A stretch of 64,000 nt of DNA from Bacteroidota bacterium (GTDB lineage: Bacteria > Bacteroidota > Bacteroidia > Bacteroidales > CAIWKO01): contig JBAXWF010000010.1 of assembly GCA_037128515.1 (NCBI GenBank), positions 12,742 through 76,741 of the forward strand. Reading direction: 5' to 3'. The notes under the pieces were generated by a model. That model did no database searches and was not told the DNA's origin. It saw nothing but the letters and a program-made list of their open reading frames with translations. The translations under genes were made by a program, and so were the position numbers. Below, one piece after another: positions 36,060 through 46,309 of the stretch; the first letter of the stretch is position 1, and each line of letters opens with the position of its first letter.

Positions 36060-37511
36060 CTACATACCAAAAGCATAATAAGCTTGCATGCCATTAATAT
36101 AAATCCCCTCGATTAAAGTTCCACCTTGTTTGTTACCAAGATATTTATCAATATCACTTACACTTTTTACCGGTTTATTGTCAATGCTTGTAATAATAAA
36201 GTTTTCTTTTATTCCGGCTGAATAAAGCTTGCCTTTTTCCAATTTTGTGATTTTAACCCCATATTCTAATCCAAGTTTGCTTTTCTCATTCTGACTTATC
36301 TCTGAGAATGATGCTCCAAGCAACATTTTACCAGTAGTACTCCCAGGAGCTGTAACTTCCGTTGTTCCTTCTCTGTTTTCAAGTGTAACAGAAAAGCTTT
36401 TTTCAGTTCCATCGCGCATAATGATTAAATTTACTTTATCTCCCGGTCTTTGTCTAATAAGCATTTCCTTAAGTTCGGATTGGCTATTTACAGGTTTATC
36501 ATTAAACTTTATAATAATATCGCCTTGTTTAATCCCAGCTTTAAATGAAGCTCCATCTTCATAAACAGACACGACATAAACTCCATTCAAATTTTTAAGA
36601 CTAAGACTTTTCGCTAGTTTACTATCAATATCAGAGAAATTAATACCCATGAAAGCACGTTTAACTTCACCAAATTCCAATATATCGGCAATTACTTTTC
36701 GAACAATATTTGAAGGTATTGCAAACGAATATCCTGCAAATGATCCAGTGTTGGTAGCAATAGCTGCATTAATTCCTATAAGTTCTCCATTAATATTTAC
36801 CAATGCACCCCCGCTATTACCGGGATTTACCGCAGCATCTGTTTGAATAAAAGATTCAACTGACGTATTATCACCTAAAATATTTATATCTCTTGCTTTG
36901 GCACTAACAATCCCAGCAGTTACTGTCGATGTTAAATTAAAAGGATTGCCAACTGCCAAAACCCATTCTCCAATTTTTGCATCATCCGAATTTCCATATG
37001 TGATATAAGGTAAATTGGTATCATCAATTTTTATTAAAGCCAAATCCGTTCCTCGGTCGGAACCTACAATAGTTGCTGTATAGGTGCGTTTATCATTTAA
37101 TGTTACTTCAATTTGAGTAGCATCGCTTACTACATGGTTGTTTGTAACAATGTAACCATTTTCCGATATCAAAACACCTGAACCGCTTGCCATTAAAACA
37201 CTATTACCATAAGGGCGTTGATTAAAAAAATTAAAAAACGGGTCATATCCAAAAAACTGATCATAATAGGAGTTTTTATAATTATACTGTGTTTTGATAT
37301 GTACCACGGCATGTACAGTTTTTTCGGCAGCCACCGTGAAATTAGGGCCATTATCAGGCAAAAATGATTGTAATGATGCTCTTTGTACCGGAACTTGATT
37401 GTTGAAATACGTATTAATTTCATTATTTTTTTTATCAAAAATCCTGAAAGCAAAAACTGTAATTATGCTTGTTATTGCAGCAATTCCAACTGTTAAAAGA
37501 AAACGTTTCAT
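36060..37511 (-). CDS. htrA: Do/HtrA-family periplasmic serine endoprotease with two PDZ domains
   Basis: 483 aa with an N-terminal anchor and the catalytic triad contexts (TNNHVV, DLALIK, GNSGGALV), followed by two PDZ-like segments. Confidence 0.92.
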   Translation of the reverse strand: MKRFLLTVGIAAITSIITVFAFRIFDKKNNEINTYFNNQVPVQRASLQSFLPDNGPNFTVAAEKTVHAVVHIKTQYNYKNSYYDQFFGYDPFFNFFNQRPYGNSVLMASGSGVLISENGYIVTNNHVVSDATQIEVTLNDKRTYTATIVGSDRGTDLALIKIDDTNLPYITYGNSDDAKIGEWVLAVGNPFNLTSTVTAGIVSAKARDINILGDNTSVESFIQTDAAVNPGNSGGALVNINGELIGINAAIATNTGSFAGYSFAIPSNIVRKVIADILEFGEVKRAFMGINFSDIDSKLAKSLSLKNLNGVYVVSVYEDGASFKAGIKQGDIIIKFNDKPVNSQSELKEMLIRQRPGDKVNLIIMRDGTEKSFSVTLENREGTTEVTAPGSTTGKMLLGASFSEISQNEKSKLGLEYGVKITKLEKGKLYSAGIKENFIITSIDNKPVKSVSDIDKYLGNKQGGTLIEGIYINGMQAYYAFGM

Positions 37512-37628
37512 AGAATAGAAGTTTTTAGTTTTGAAAATAGTTTGAGTTTGATTAAAAACGTCACCTAGACACGAATATTACTAAGTTTCTTGTTAAAAAT
37601 TGTTAAACGTTAATCGTACAAATTTTAT

Positions 37629-37636
37629 TATCTTTG
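37629..37636 (+). promoter_or_regulatory. Bacteroidota -7 promoter box (TATCTTTG)
   Basis: TAnnTTTG match 34 nt upstream of the ATG at 37670. Confidence 0.45.
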
Positions 37637-37669
37637 TGCAATATTTTAGCATTATAACGTATTATTATA

Positions 37670-38392
37670 ATGATGAGTTACAAAGTAAACAAAATAATTT
37701 ATCTGCTATTAGGACTTGTTCTAGGCTTTTTTATTGGTGGAGGAATCATTTGGTGGCAAATACAACAACAAAAACCAAATGCGAGAATTAATAAGGAAGA
37801 CTCCATTGCTGTGACTTTTTCAAAACCGGATATTAAAGCTGCAAAACTTGACCTAAAAAGTAAATACAAAGCACAACTGATTAAATATAAAATTCCTGCC
37901 ACATTTATAGACAGTTTGAAATTAGATTCAACAACACTTACACTTGCAGAATTAATAGCCTTGTATTCAAAAGAAGATTTTATTGATACTTCAGTGAATA
38001 CTTCTAATCAAAAAAATGATGATTTTGCTGTATCAAAAGACGAACTTTTATTTTCGAAATCATTACGAATAATTGGTGATTACCAATCAAATGATTCGTA
38101 TGATTTAGATTCAATACTTACAGACCAAAGAAATTCATCGAAAAAAGCAAAAAACATTATTCGGGTTGAATTTTGGCGTTCGCCTATCAATTACAAAGGT
38201 TATAAATTTGATGATACGAAACTGGTCTTATTCGGAATTGTTGAATACGATAATGTATCACTTATGGGGAAAGATAATCAGTTATTTGTAAAATACAATA
38301 AAGACTTTTTTCAGATAGGTTACACCGATGACTTCAAGTCCTTAATTCCTGTTAAAGATGCATCTATTCTGAAAGTTTTAAAATCGTTATGA
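37670..38392 (+). CDS. Hypothetical membrane-anchored protein
   Basis: 240-aa ORF with one N-terminal TM helix (IIYLLLGLVLGFFIGGGIIWW). Its stop overlaps the dapF start (ATGA). No motif was recognised. Confidence 0.6.
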   Translation: MMSYKVNKIIYLLLGLVLGFFIGGGIIWWQIQQQKPNARINKEDSIAVTFSKPDIKAAKLDLKSKYKAQLIKYKIPATFIDSLKLDSTTLTLAELIALYSKEDFIDTSVNTSNQKNDDFAVSKDELLFSKSLRIIGDYQSNDSYDLDSILTDQRNSSKKAKNIIRVEFWRSPINYKGYKFDDTKLVLFGIVEYDNVSLMGKDNQLFVKYNKDFFQIGYTDDFKSLIPVKDASILKVLKSL

Positions 38393-39174
38393 TACTTCCT
38401 TTTGTCAAATATCATGGTACGGGAAATGATTTTATTATAATCGATAACCGATTAAATACTTTTACACCATCATCAATGAATATAAGCTTTCTGTGTAATA
38501 GAAATATGGGCATTGGAGCTGATGGAGTAATACTTTTTGAAAACAAAGCATCTTTTGATTTCTCAATGCGTTACTATAATTCCAATGGGTTTGAAGGCAG
38601 TATGTGTGGAAATGGTGGTAGATGTATATCTGCTTTTTATTATAACAACGTTGCAAAACTTTATAAACTTCGCTTCAACGCTGTTGATGGTATTCATCAA
38701 TCTGAAATATTAAATATTGAGAGTAAAAATAGTTTGATAGTAAAACTCCAAATGCAGGATGTTTCTCAAGTTGATATATTTTTAAAAGATTTCTATCTAA
38801 ATACAGGGTCACCACATGTTGTTCAATTTGTAAAGGATGTAGATAAAGTTGATGTTGTTAAGGAAGGAAGACGTATACGTTATAGTGATCAATATGCTCC
38901 TGAAGGAGTTAATGTGAATTTTGTTGAAATACAAAATAAAAGTCTTTATGTAAGAACTTATGAACGTGGCGTAGAAGATGAAACATTATCATGTGGAACT
39001 GGTGTAACGGCTTCAGCAATTGCTGCCTCATTTGTGGATAATGTATCAAGTTTTGATATTACAACTCGAGGTGGTAATTTAAAAGTATCTTTTCAGAAAA
39101 AGGAAAATAAAATTACAAATATTTGGCTCGAAGGTCCTGCAACATTTGTATATTCGGGTGAAATTGAAATATAA
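38389..39174 (+). CDS. dapF: Diaminopimelate epimerase
   Basis: 261 aa with the GTGNDFIIID motif and the two catalytic cysteine contexts MCGNGGRC and SCGTGVTA. Confidence 0.93.
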   Translation: MILPFVKYHGTGNDFIIIDNRLNTFTPSSMNISFLCNRNMGIGADGVILFENKASFDFSMRYYNSNGFEGSMCGNGGRCISAFYYNNVAKLYKLRFNAVDGIHQSEILNIESKNSLIVKLQMQDVSQVDIFLKDFYLNTGSPHVVQFVKDVDKVDVVKEGRRIRYSDQYAPEGVNVNFVEIQNKSLYVRTYERGVEDETLSCGTGVTASAIAASFVDNVSSFDITTRGGNLKVSFQKKENKITNIWLEGPATFVYSGEIEI

Positions 39175-39177
39175 AAA

Positions 39178-39699
39178 ATGCAAAACGATAGAGTTATTTT
39201 AAGAGCAATTGAACCTTCTGATATTGATTTTATTTATACGCTTGAAAACAATCCATCGAACTGGCATATAAGCAATACATTTGTTCCGTTTTCGCGCTAT
39301 TCAATTGAACAATACATATTAAATTCCGACCAAGATATTTTTGCATTGAAACAACTTCGTTTGATTATTGAAACCAATGATTCGGCACAACACGAAAGAA
39401 TTGGTATAATAGATTTGTTCGATTTTGATCCTTTTCATAAAAGAGTCGGTATTGGCATCATTATTCTTGAGGAACATCAACAAAAAGGTTATGCCGGTGA
39501 AGCACTTAAATTAGTTATTAATTATTGTTTTAAAACGCTATATCTTCATCAATGTTATTGCAATATATCAGTTAAAAATACAACAAGTTTAAATTTGTTT
39601 AAAAAAGCAGGATTCGAAGTATGTGGTGCGAAAAAAGAATGGATATTTGATACTAATGAATGGATTGATGAACAAATGCTGCAACTTCTCAATAGATGA
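39178..39699 (+). CDS. GNAT family N-acetyltransferase (RimJ/RimL-like)
   Basis: 173 aa with an acetyl-CoA binding motif region (HQQKGYAGEALKLVINYCF). Confidence 0.85.
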   Translation: MQNDRVILRAIEPSDIDFIYTLENNPSNWHISNTFVPFSRYSIEQYILNSDQDIFALKQLRLIIETNDSAQHERIGIIDLFDFDPFHKRVGIGIIILEEHQQKGYAGEALKLVINYCFKTLYLHQCYCNISVKNTTSLNLFKKAGFEVCGAKKEWIFDTNEWIDEQMLQLLNR

Positions 39700-39702
39700 T
39701 TT

Positions 39703-40809
39703 ATGCCCAAATCTACAAAAACAAGACGGAAAAGGTCAACCCGAAAACCTGGAAAAAAACATAGTGCACGCAAAAACTTTTTTATTGGATTTGGTGTTCT
39801 AATTCTGATTATTATAATTGGAGCTGGAATTATCGGAACGAAATACTATAAACTTATTTATCGCGAAAATGTTGATCTTGGAACCAAGGAAAAAGTTTTT
39901 ATTTTTATCCCATCGAATTCAAATTTTGATAAAGTAAAGGAGATTTTATACAAAGATGCCATTGTTCTTGACAGACCTTCATTTGAGTGGCTTTGCGAAA
40001 AAAAGGGATATAATGTAAATGTGAAATCGGGTCGATATCTGATAAAAAATCACATGAGCAATAATGAATTAATCAATTTACTACGTTCCGGAAAACAAGA
40101 TCCTGTTAAGCTCACATTTAATAATATCAGAACCAAACAACAGTTAGTTTCAAAAGTCTGCAAATCGATTGAAGCAGATTCGGTTTCGTTATTGGAATTG
40201 CTTAGCAATAATAATTTCTTGAAGAAATATAAACTGAATTCGGATAATGTAATGTGTATATTTATACCCAATAGTTATGATATATTTTGGGATACACCTT
40301 CAGAAAAGTTCTTTAAAAAAATGTTTACCGAATATGATAAATTCTGGAATGAAAACAGAACTAAAAAGGCAGCAGCAATAGGCTTAAAACCTACTGAAAT
40401 AATAATTTTGGCTTCAATTGTATACCAAGAGACGAAGAAAAAAGATGAGATGTCGCGCGTGGCCGGTGTTTATATAAACAGAATTAACAGAGGCATTCCT
40501 TTGCAAGCCGACCCAACAGTAATTTATGCAATTGGTGATTTTTCTATTAAAAGAGTATTGAATGAACAAACCAAATTTGACTCACCTTACAATACATACA
40601 TTCATAGAGGGCTGCCACCAGGACCTATATGTTTGCCCGATGCAATAGTAATTGATAAGGTTTTGGATTATGAAAAGCATGACTATTTGTATTTCTGTGC
40701 GAAAGAAGATTTTTCGGGGTATCATAATTTTGCTGAAACGCTGGCACAACATAATCAGAATTCGCAGAAATATCATATTGCTTTAAACAAATTAAAAATA
40801 AAAAAATAG
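39703..40809 (+). CDS. mltG: Endolytic murein transglycosylase (YceG family)
   Basis: 368 aa with a basic N-terminus, a TM anchor and the YceG core (ILASIVYQETKK, LQADPTVIYA, YNTYIHRGLPPGPI). Confidence 0.9.
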   Translation: MPKSTKTRRKRSTRKPGKKHSARKNFFIGFGVLILIIIIGAGIIGTKYYKLIYRENVDLGTKEKVFIFIPSNSNFDKVKEILYKDAIVLDRPSFEWLCEKKGYNVNVKSGRYLIKNHMSNNELINLLRSGKQDPVKLTFNNIRTKQQLVSKVCKSIEADSVSLLELLSNNNFLKKYKLNSDNVMCIFIPNSYDIFWDTPSEKFFKKMFTEYDKFWNENRTKKAAAIGLKPTEIIILASIVYQETKKKDEMSRVAGVYINRINRGIPLQADPTVIYAIGDFSIKRVLNEQTKFDSPYNTYIHRGLPPGPICLPDAIVIDKVLDYEKHDYLYFCAKEDFSGYHNFAETLAQHNQNSQKYHIALNKLKIKK

Positions 40810-40893
40810 CAATTTTCAAAAAATGCCTATTTTTACAAATGAAAAAGGAATAATTATTGCCTTGAATAAAAAACAATTTAAAACCTTACAAAA

Positions 40894-41721
40894 ATGAAAA
40901 AACTATTTTTCTGTACCTTGTTTTTGTTATGCTTTATTTCAGCATTTTCACTAAACCCATCAAGAAAATATGCGGCTAAACCTGGCGATTTTGGTTTGGA
41001 TTTTGATGAAGTTACCATTACCACATCAGACAATCTGAATTTAAAAGGCTGGCTATATAAACCTCAGCAAATATCATATAAAATGATAATCTTGAGTGGT
41101 AGTGGTGATGGTAATATGGCCGATTTGATTGAAATCGCGAGCAATTTTGTTACACTTGGTTACAATGTGCTTACTTATGATTATCGTGGTTATGGCGAAA
41201 GCGAAGATTTTACAATCAATAATAATTTTTTTATTTATGCTCAATTCGAAAAAGATTTGAATGCTGCAATTGATTACGTTAGAAAGTATCATTCAAAAAT
41301 GAAAATTGTTGACCTTTGGGGCAAAGAAGTTGGTGCCGGATTGTCAATTGGTGTTGCTTGTAATCGGAAAGAAATTTTTCAAGTGATTGCAGATAGTCCA
41401 TATTCTACATTAGAGGGCATTAAGAAAAATTTCAAGGATTTTGCAGGTAAGGATGTTCTTTTGCCACTCGGGTTTAATAAGTATATGATAGAGCCCTATT
41501 ATGCTCTAGAATCAAAAGGAACAGCCATTTATAATGTATTGCTGATTGCAGGTGAACTTGAAACGGTTTATTCGGGCACAATAGTAAAAGATTTGAGCAA
41601 AGTTCAGAAAAACCGTTCGCAAGTTATCATAATTAAAGGAGCTAATTCAAGTGAAACATTTTCGAAAGATAAAAATAAATATTTTGAAAACATTCGCGAT
41701 TTTCTTAAGGAACCCTTATAG
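40894..41721 (+). CDS. Secreted alpha/beta-hydrolase-fold protein with an atypical nucleophile elbow
   Basis: 275 aa with a signal peptide and alpha/beta-hydrolase layout (YDYRGYGES). The position expected for GxSxG reads GKEVG (41320-41334). Confidence 0.7.
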   Translation: MKKLFFCTLFLLCFISAFSLNPSRKYAAKPGDFGLDFDEVTITTSDNLNLKGWLYKPQQISYKMIILSGSGDGNMADLIEIASNFVTLGYNVLTYDYRGYGESEDFTINNNFFIYAQFEKDLNAAIDYVRKYHSKMKIVDLWGKEVGAGLSIGVACNRKEIFQVIADSPYSTLEGIKKNFKDFAGKDVLLPLGFNKYMIEPYYALESKGTAIYNVLLIAGELETVYSGTIVKDLSKVQKNRSQVIIIKGANSSETFSKDKNKYFENIRDFLKEPL

Positions 41722-41732
41722 TTTAATAGAAA

Positions 41733-43082
41733 ATGGGTGCATTTAAAGCGTATGATATTCGAGGCATTTATAATAAAGATTTTAACAAGACTGATGTTTA
41801 TAAGATTGGGTATTACTTACCCGAATTACTTAAAACAAATAAAATTTTGGTAGGCCGCGATGTGCGAACCTCCTCTCCCGAACTTTTCGAATACCTTACT
41901 AATGGTATAACAGATGCCGGAGCAGATGTATTTGATTTAGGTTTGGCAACAACACCTTATGTATATTGGGCTACAGCGAAATTCAATTTTGCAGCATCGG
42001 TTCAAATTACTGCATCGCACAATTCAAAAGAATATAACGGGATGAAAATATCTTGTACTGATGCTATCCCTATTGGTTATGACAGCGGGCTCAATATTCT
42101 GGAGCAAAGAATTAAATCCAATACACCATTTCCGAAAGAAACAAAAGGAACAATTTATGGGTTTGATAAGAAAACTGAATATATTTCTTTTTTAAAGAAT
42201 TATGTCAGCGATTATAACAATCTTAAAATCAGTATCGATTGCTCAAATGGTATGGCGTCGCTGTTTATTAAAAAACTCTTGGGTGATCAACCACACTACT
42301 TGTTTTTTGACCTTGACGGCACATTCCCAAATCATGAAGCAAACCCGTTGGTTGAAGAAAATTTGATCGCATTGAAGAAACATGTTTTGGGAAATAAATC
42401 GGATGTGGGAATTATTTTTGATGGTGATGCCGATAGAGTGATGTTTTTGGACGGAAATGCCTGTTTTATTTCACCCGATTTAATAATAGCGGTGTTGGCA
42501 CATTATTTTTACGATAAAGGCATTAAAGATGCGGTTGTGCTTCAAGATATTCGAAGTTCTAAATCAGTTTGTGAATATGTTTCGCGATTTGGTTATAAAA
42601 TGAATACGTGGCGTGTAGGCAGAGCTTTTGCTGCACCAAAATTAAAAGAAATTGGTGGATTGTTTGGTGGCGAGTATGCCGGTCATTATTATTTTAAAGA
42701 CTTTTTTTATTCAGATTCCGGTATTCTCGCTTGCCTGATGGTACTTGATGTTATTGCAAAAATGAAAACAATAGGAATTTCGTTTTCCGAGCTAATCAGA
42801 AATATCTCTCCTTATCATAGTTCGGGCGAGATTAATTTTGTAATTGAGCAAAAAAAGCAGGCAATGGATGCCGTTCTACACTATTTTTCATCGGAAGAAA
42901 AATCTCTTTCTTTTATGGATTTTGATGGCTACAGAGTTGACTTCAAGCATTGGTGGTTTAATATACGTCCGTCGAATACTGAACCCTATTTGCGTTTTAT
43001 TGCAGAAGCTGATACTGAATCCATGCTCAAAGAAATTTTGGAAAAAGTAAATATTATTTTAAATCCGTTTATAAAATCCTGA
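41733..43082 (+). CDS. Phosphomannomutase/phosphoglucomutase (alpha-D-phosphohexomutase family)
   Basis: 449 aa with the active-site serine loop ITASHNSKEYNGMK and the Mg-binding FDGDADR motif. Confidence 0.9.
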   Translation: MGAFKAYDIRGIYNKDFNKTDVYKIGYYLPELLKTNKILVGRDVRTSSPELFEYLTNGITDAGADVFDLGLATTPYVYWATAKFNFAASVQITASHNSKEYNGMKISCTDAIPIGYDSGLNILEQRIKSNTPFPKETKGTIYGFDKKTEYISFLKNYVSDYNNLKISIDCSNGMASLFIKKLLGDQPHYLFFDLDGTFPNHEANPLVEENLIALKKHVLGNKSDVGIIFDGDADRVMFLDGNACFISPDLIIAVLAHYFYDKGIKDAVVLQDIRSSKSVCEYVSRFGYKMNTWRVGRAFAAPKLKEIGGLFGGEYAGHYYFKDFFYSDSGILACLMVLDVIAKMKTIGISFSELIRNISPYHSSGEINFVIEQKKQAMDAVLHYFSSEEKSLSFMDFDGYRVDFKHWWFNIRPSNTEPYLRFIAEADTESMLKEILEKVNIILNPFIKS

Positions 43083-43085
43083 TTT

Positions 43086-44123
43086 TTGTTTAAATATAAT
43101 TTAATAACTACGGTCTTTTTCTTTAGTTACTTATGCATTTCAGCAAAGGTATATTCTCAATCTGATTCCTCAAATATTAATTCAGCAACCAAGGCAGTTC
43201 AAACTCTTCCAAAAAAGTTTGATTCCATTCATTTAGACGCAAAAAGTTTCGAAACTGAGTTTGCCAAAATGAACCTGATTAAATATCCCGATAAAATAAA
43301 AAAAGGACGGTTGACTGCTGCTTTAACTGTTGAAGCATCGTTGTATGCTGCCACTATTTTTGGATTGAATGATTTATGGTATAAGAAATATGACAGATCT
43401 GCGTTTCATTTTTTTAACGATGGCAAAGAATGGCAACAAATGGATAAAATTGGCCATGCTATGACTGCCAGTACTATTAGCAGTTTCTGCTATTATTCTT
43501 ACCGTTGGTCGGGTGTGAAGCACAAACCTGCATTACTGTATGGATGTGCCGTTGGTTTAAGCTATATGACTGCAATTGAGATTTTGGATGGATACTCAGA
43601 AGGATGGGGATTTTCAGTTCCGGATATGATAGCTAATATTGCAGGTACATCCTTTTTTTTAACGCAGCAATTGTTGTGGAAGCGACAATATATGAAAATG
43701 AAAATATCTTACCACCCGACTCAGTTTGCACAATATCGTCCTAATGAACTAGGAGCAAATGGCGTTCAAAGGTTTCTAAAAGATTATAACGGTCAAACAC
43801 ACTGGCTATCTGTAGGTTCATCGCTGTTTGTTCCGAAAAAGTCGAAGTTTCCGCGTTGGATATGCATATCATTTGGCTATGGTGCCGAAGGTATGTTGGG
43901 TGGTTTTTCGAACCCAACTATTAACGATAAAGGGCAACCTCTACCCACATTTGAACGGTATCGTCAATTTTATCTTTCGTTTGATGTTGATTTTTCGACC
44001 ATCAAAACAAAGTCGAAATTTGTTAGACTGCTGTTACTGGCTGTAAATGCAATAAAAATACCCTTCCCTGCTTTGGAATATAACACAAAAGGGGAGTTTA
44101 AATTTCACTATATGTATTTTTAG
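43086..44123 (+). CDS. DUF2279 (YfiM-like) domain protein
   Basis: 345 aa with a TTG start and a signal peptide. The DKIGHAMTAS block and hydrophobic segments resemble DUF2279 proteins. Confidence 0.65.
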   Translation: MFKYNLITTVFFFSYLCISAKVYSQSDSSNINSATKAVQTLPKKFDSIHLDAKSFETEFAKMNLIKYPDKIKKGRLTAALTVEASLYAATIFGLNDLWYKKYDRSAFHFFNDGKEWQQMDKIGHAMTASTISSFCYYSYRWSGVKHKPALLYGCAVGLSYMTAIEILDGYSEGWGFSVPDMIANIAGTSFFLTQQLLWKRQYMKMKISYHPTQFAQYRPNELGANGVQRFLKDYNGQTHWLSVGSSLFVPKKSKFPRWICISFGYGAEGMLGGFSNPTINDKGQPLPTFERYRQFYLSFDVDFSTIKTKSKFVRLLLLAVNAIKIPFPALEYNTKGEFKFHYMYF

Positions 44124-44196
44124 CGACAAGTTATTCCATAGTTTTTCAATATTGTGATTTTCTTGTATTCTTTTTCAGGAATTCATTCAGTTTTTG

Positions 44197-44204
44197 TAAC
44201 TTTG
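44197..44204 (+). promoter_or_regulatory. Bacteroidota -7 promoter box (TAACTTTG)
   Basis: TAnnTTTG match 45 nt upstream of the ATG at 44249. Confidence 0.45.
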
Positions 44205-44248
44205 TACTGATTGATATTTCTACTACAATTGTCAATACGCTGTGCTCT

Positions 44249-45061
44249 ATGAAAAAAATTATATTTGGATTCATCCCCTTTTTATTTCTAACTGTTCTGA
44301 ATTCCTGTAAAAAGGAAACCCCCATTACCGAAGAACATGTTTATCATGGTAACATAAATTTTTCGTTTTCGCACAATGTAAACGGGCTTCCATTGATTGT
44401 GGATACTTTGCTATATACAAATGCGGCAGGAAATCTTTATTTAATTAATGAAGCACAGTATTTTGTTTCAGACATCGTGTTGCATAATAGCAACGGTACA
44501 TTTGTTTCGTTTGTTGCTCCAAACGATATCCACTATGTTGACACGGATTTGCCTTCGACACAACATTGGAGTTTGCCCGATAGTGTTCCTGTTGGAACAT
44601 ATACTGCCATTTCGTTTACTTTTGGTATTAACGAAATTAAAAACCAATCGAATGCTTTTTTAAATCCACCCGAAAGCGCAATGTATTGGCCTGAACCTTT
44701 GGGAGGAGGGTATCATTATATGAAACTCAACGGTAAATGGCTTGATACTTTAAGTAATGTTACATCGTTTGGGTTTCATTTGGGTATAGGACAAATTTAT
44801 GCTCACGATGTGATCAATACAGACTCAATAACAGGATTTGTTCAGAACTATTTCGAAGTTATAGTACCTAATTCGTCATTCGAAATAAGTAAAAACAAGA
44901 CTACCAGCATTGAATTTGTGATGAATATAGATAGTTGGTTCGACTCGCCTCATGTTTGGAATTTTGACTACTGGGGAGGTTCGATCATGCAAAATCAAAC
45001 TGCAATGCACACTGTGGCTGAAAACGGAGCTGATGCGTTTACTATTGGTTCAATTCAATAA
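44249..45061 (+). CDS. MbnP-like lipoprotein (putative copper-binding partner of the adjacent di-heme enzyme)
   Basis: 270 aa with a lipoprotein signal (LTVLNSC). The size, beta-rich composition and position directly upstream of an MbnH-type di-heme peroxidase match the MbnP/MbnH pairing. Confidence 0.55.
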   Translation: MKKIIFGFIPFLFLTVLNSCKKETPITEEHVYHGNINFSFSHNVNGLPLIVDTLLYTNAAGNLYLINEAQYFVSDIVLHNSNGTFVSFVAPNDIHYVDTDLPSTQHWSLPDSVPVGTYTAISFTFGINEIKNQSNAFLNPPESAMYWPEPLGGGYHYMKLNGKWLDTLSNVTSFGFHLGIGQIYAHDVINTDSITGFVQNYFEVIVPNSSFEISKNKTTSIEFVMNIDSWFDSPHVWNFDYWGGSIMQNQTAMHTVAENGADAFTIGSIQ

Positions 45062-45070
45062 ATCCGCAGA

Positions 45071-46228
45071 ATGAAAGTTTTGAAACGACACGGATTATTT
45101 TTAATTCTGATTTTGTTTTTAATATCATGCAATAAGGAAACACCACTAAACGAAACATATATTGCTGCTACTACCGAATATAACCCTACACCTTATCAAA
45201 TTATAGCACCCTGGTATTTTCCCACCCAAATGAACATACCTGCCGATAATCAACTTACAGTGGATGGTGTATTTTTAGGACGAACGTTGTTTTATGATAA
45301 ACGCATGTCGGGTAGGCAGGCGGCCGATTCGCAGATGTGTTGCGCTACTTGTCACTTGCAGCAATATGCTTTTGAATGTGGCATTGATGGTCCGTATACA
45401 GGGGGGCATCCTGTGGGTATTGGTGGTGTTGCCACTCCTCATGTCATGTTGCCACTGTTTAATCTGGTATGGCAAAACAATGGCTATTTATGGAACGGAA
45501 TTATTAGCCCCGACAATCCTGATGCAGCTAAGCGGCGGCTCGAAGACTTGGTGTGGCTGGGCGTGGTGGCTCCCCACGAAATGTATAGCGACACCAACAA
45601 AGCAAGAACTGCCATACAGAATATTGCAGGCTACACCCCCTTGTTTAAGAAAGTATTTAATACCGAAAACATCACTTTTGAGTTGATGGCAAAAGCCATA
45701 GCTCAATTTGTTCGAAGCATCGTTTCGTGTAATTCGAAATTTGATAGGTATTTGTTGGGCGAAACATCTTTGTCGCCATCTGAGGCGAATGGGTTTGTGT
45801 TGTTTGTTACGGAGCAGGGCGCCGATTGTTTCCATTGTCATGGCGGCGGTGGCAATCCATTGTTCTCAACCTATTTGTTTTATAATAATGCTAAAGATAC
45901 AGTGTTTACTGATATACGCGATCGGTTTGCCGTTACAGGCGATCCCATGGATCATGGTGCTTACAAAGCGCCCACACTGCGCAATTGTGAACTTACAGGA
46001 CCATACATGCACGATGGAAGATTTGCCACATTGGATGAGGTTATAAATTTTTACAGCGAAGGCTTGGTTTACTCGCCTTATGTTAGCCCACTGATGCACA
46101 AGGTGAATGTGGGCGGTGCCCACTTAACCTTGCAACAAAAAGCCGATTTGAAAGCATTTCTGCTTACATTAACCGATCAGTATCTAATAACAAATCCGGC
46201 CTATGGGCCACCTGCTTCTTTTCCATAA
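45071..46228 (+). CDS. Di-heme cytochrome c peroxidase family enzyme (MbnH-like)
   Basis: 385 aa with two heme c motifs, CATCH and CFHCH, and the CCP-family block APTLRNCELTGPYMHDG. Confidence 0.85.
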   Translation: MKVLKRHGLFLILILFLISCNKETPLNETYIAATTEYNPTPYQIIAPWYFPTQMNIPADNQLTVDGVFLGRTLFYDKRMSGRQAADSQMCCATCHLQQYAFECGIDGPYTGGHPVGIGGVATPHVMLPLFNLVWQNNGYLWNGIISPDNPDAAKRRLEDLVWLGVVAPHEMYSDTNKARTAIQNIAGYTPLFKKVFNTENITFELMAKAIAQFVRSIVSCNSKFDRYLLGETSLSPSEANGFVLFVTEQGADCFHCHGGGGNPLFSTYLFYNNAKDTVFTDIRDRFAVTGDPMDHGAYKAPTLRNCELTGPYMHDGRFATLDEVINFYSEGLVYSPYVSPLMHKVNVGGAHLTLQQKADLKAFLLTLTDQYLITNPAYGPPASFP

Positions 46229-46258
46229 GAATAATTAGCATTCAAAGCTTTTATTGTG

Positions 46259-46266
46259 TACCTTTG
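46259..46266 (+). promoter_or_regulatory. Bacteroidota -7 promoter box (TACCTTTG)
   Basis: TAnnTTTG match 44 nt upstream of the ATG at 46310. It lies inside the longer ORF-track call (46256), which argues for the 46310 start. Confidence 0.45.
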
Positions 46267-46309
46267 TAAATGTTTGTATTCAAAATTTTTATTAATTAAA
46301 AAAAATCGT

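Noticed and set aside
46256-46309. The longer start (46256) for the coiled-coil lipoprotein, and similarly long starts at 24071 (pyrG), 47999, 60953 (tpiA) and 61086 (acyl-CoA ligase).
   Set aside because: The extensions add non-conserved residues ahead of canonical N-termini or lipoprotein signal peptides. At 46256 the extension overlaps the predicted -7 promoter box. The shorter starts were used.
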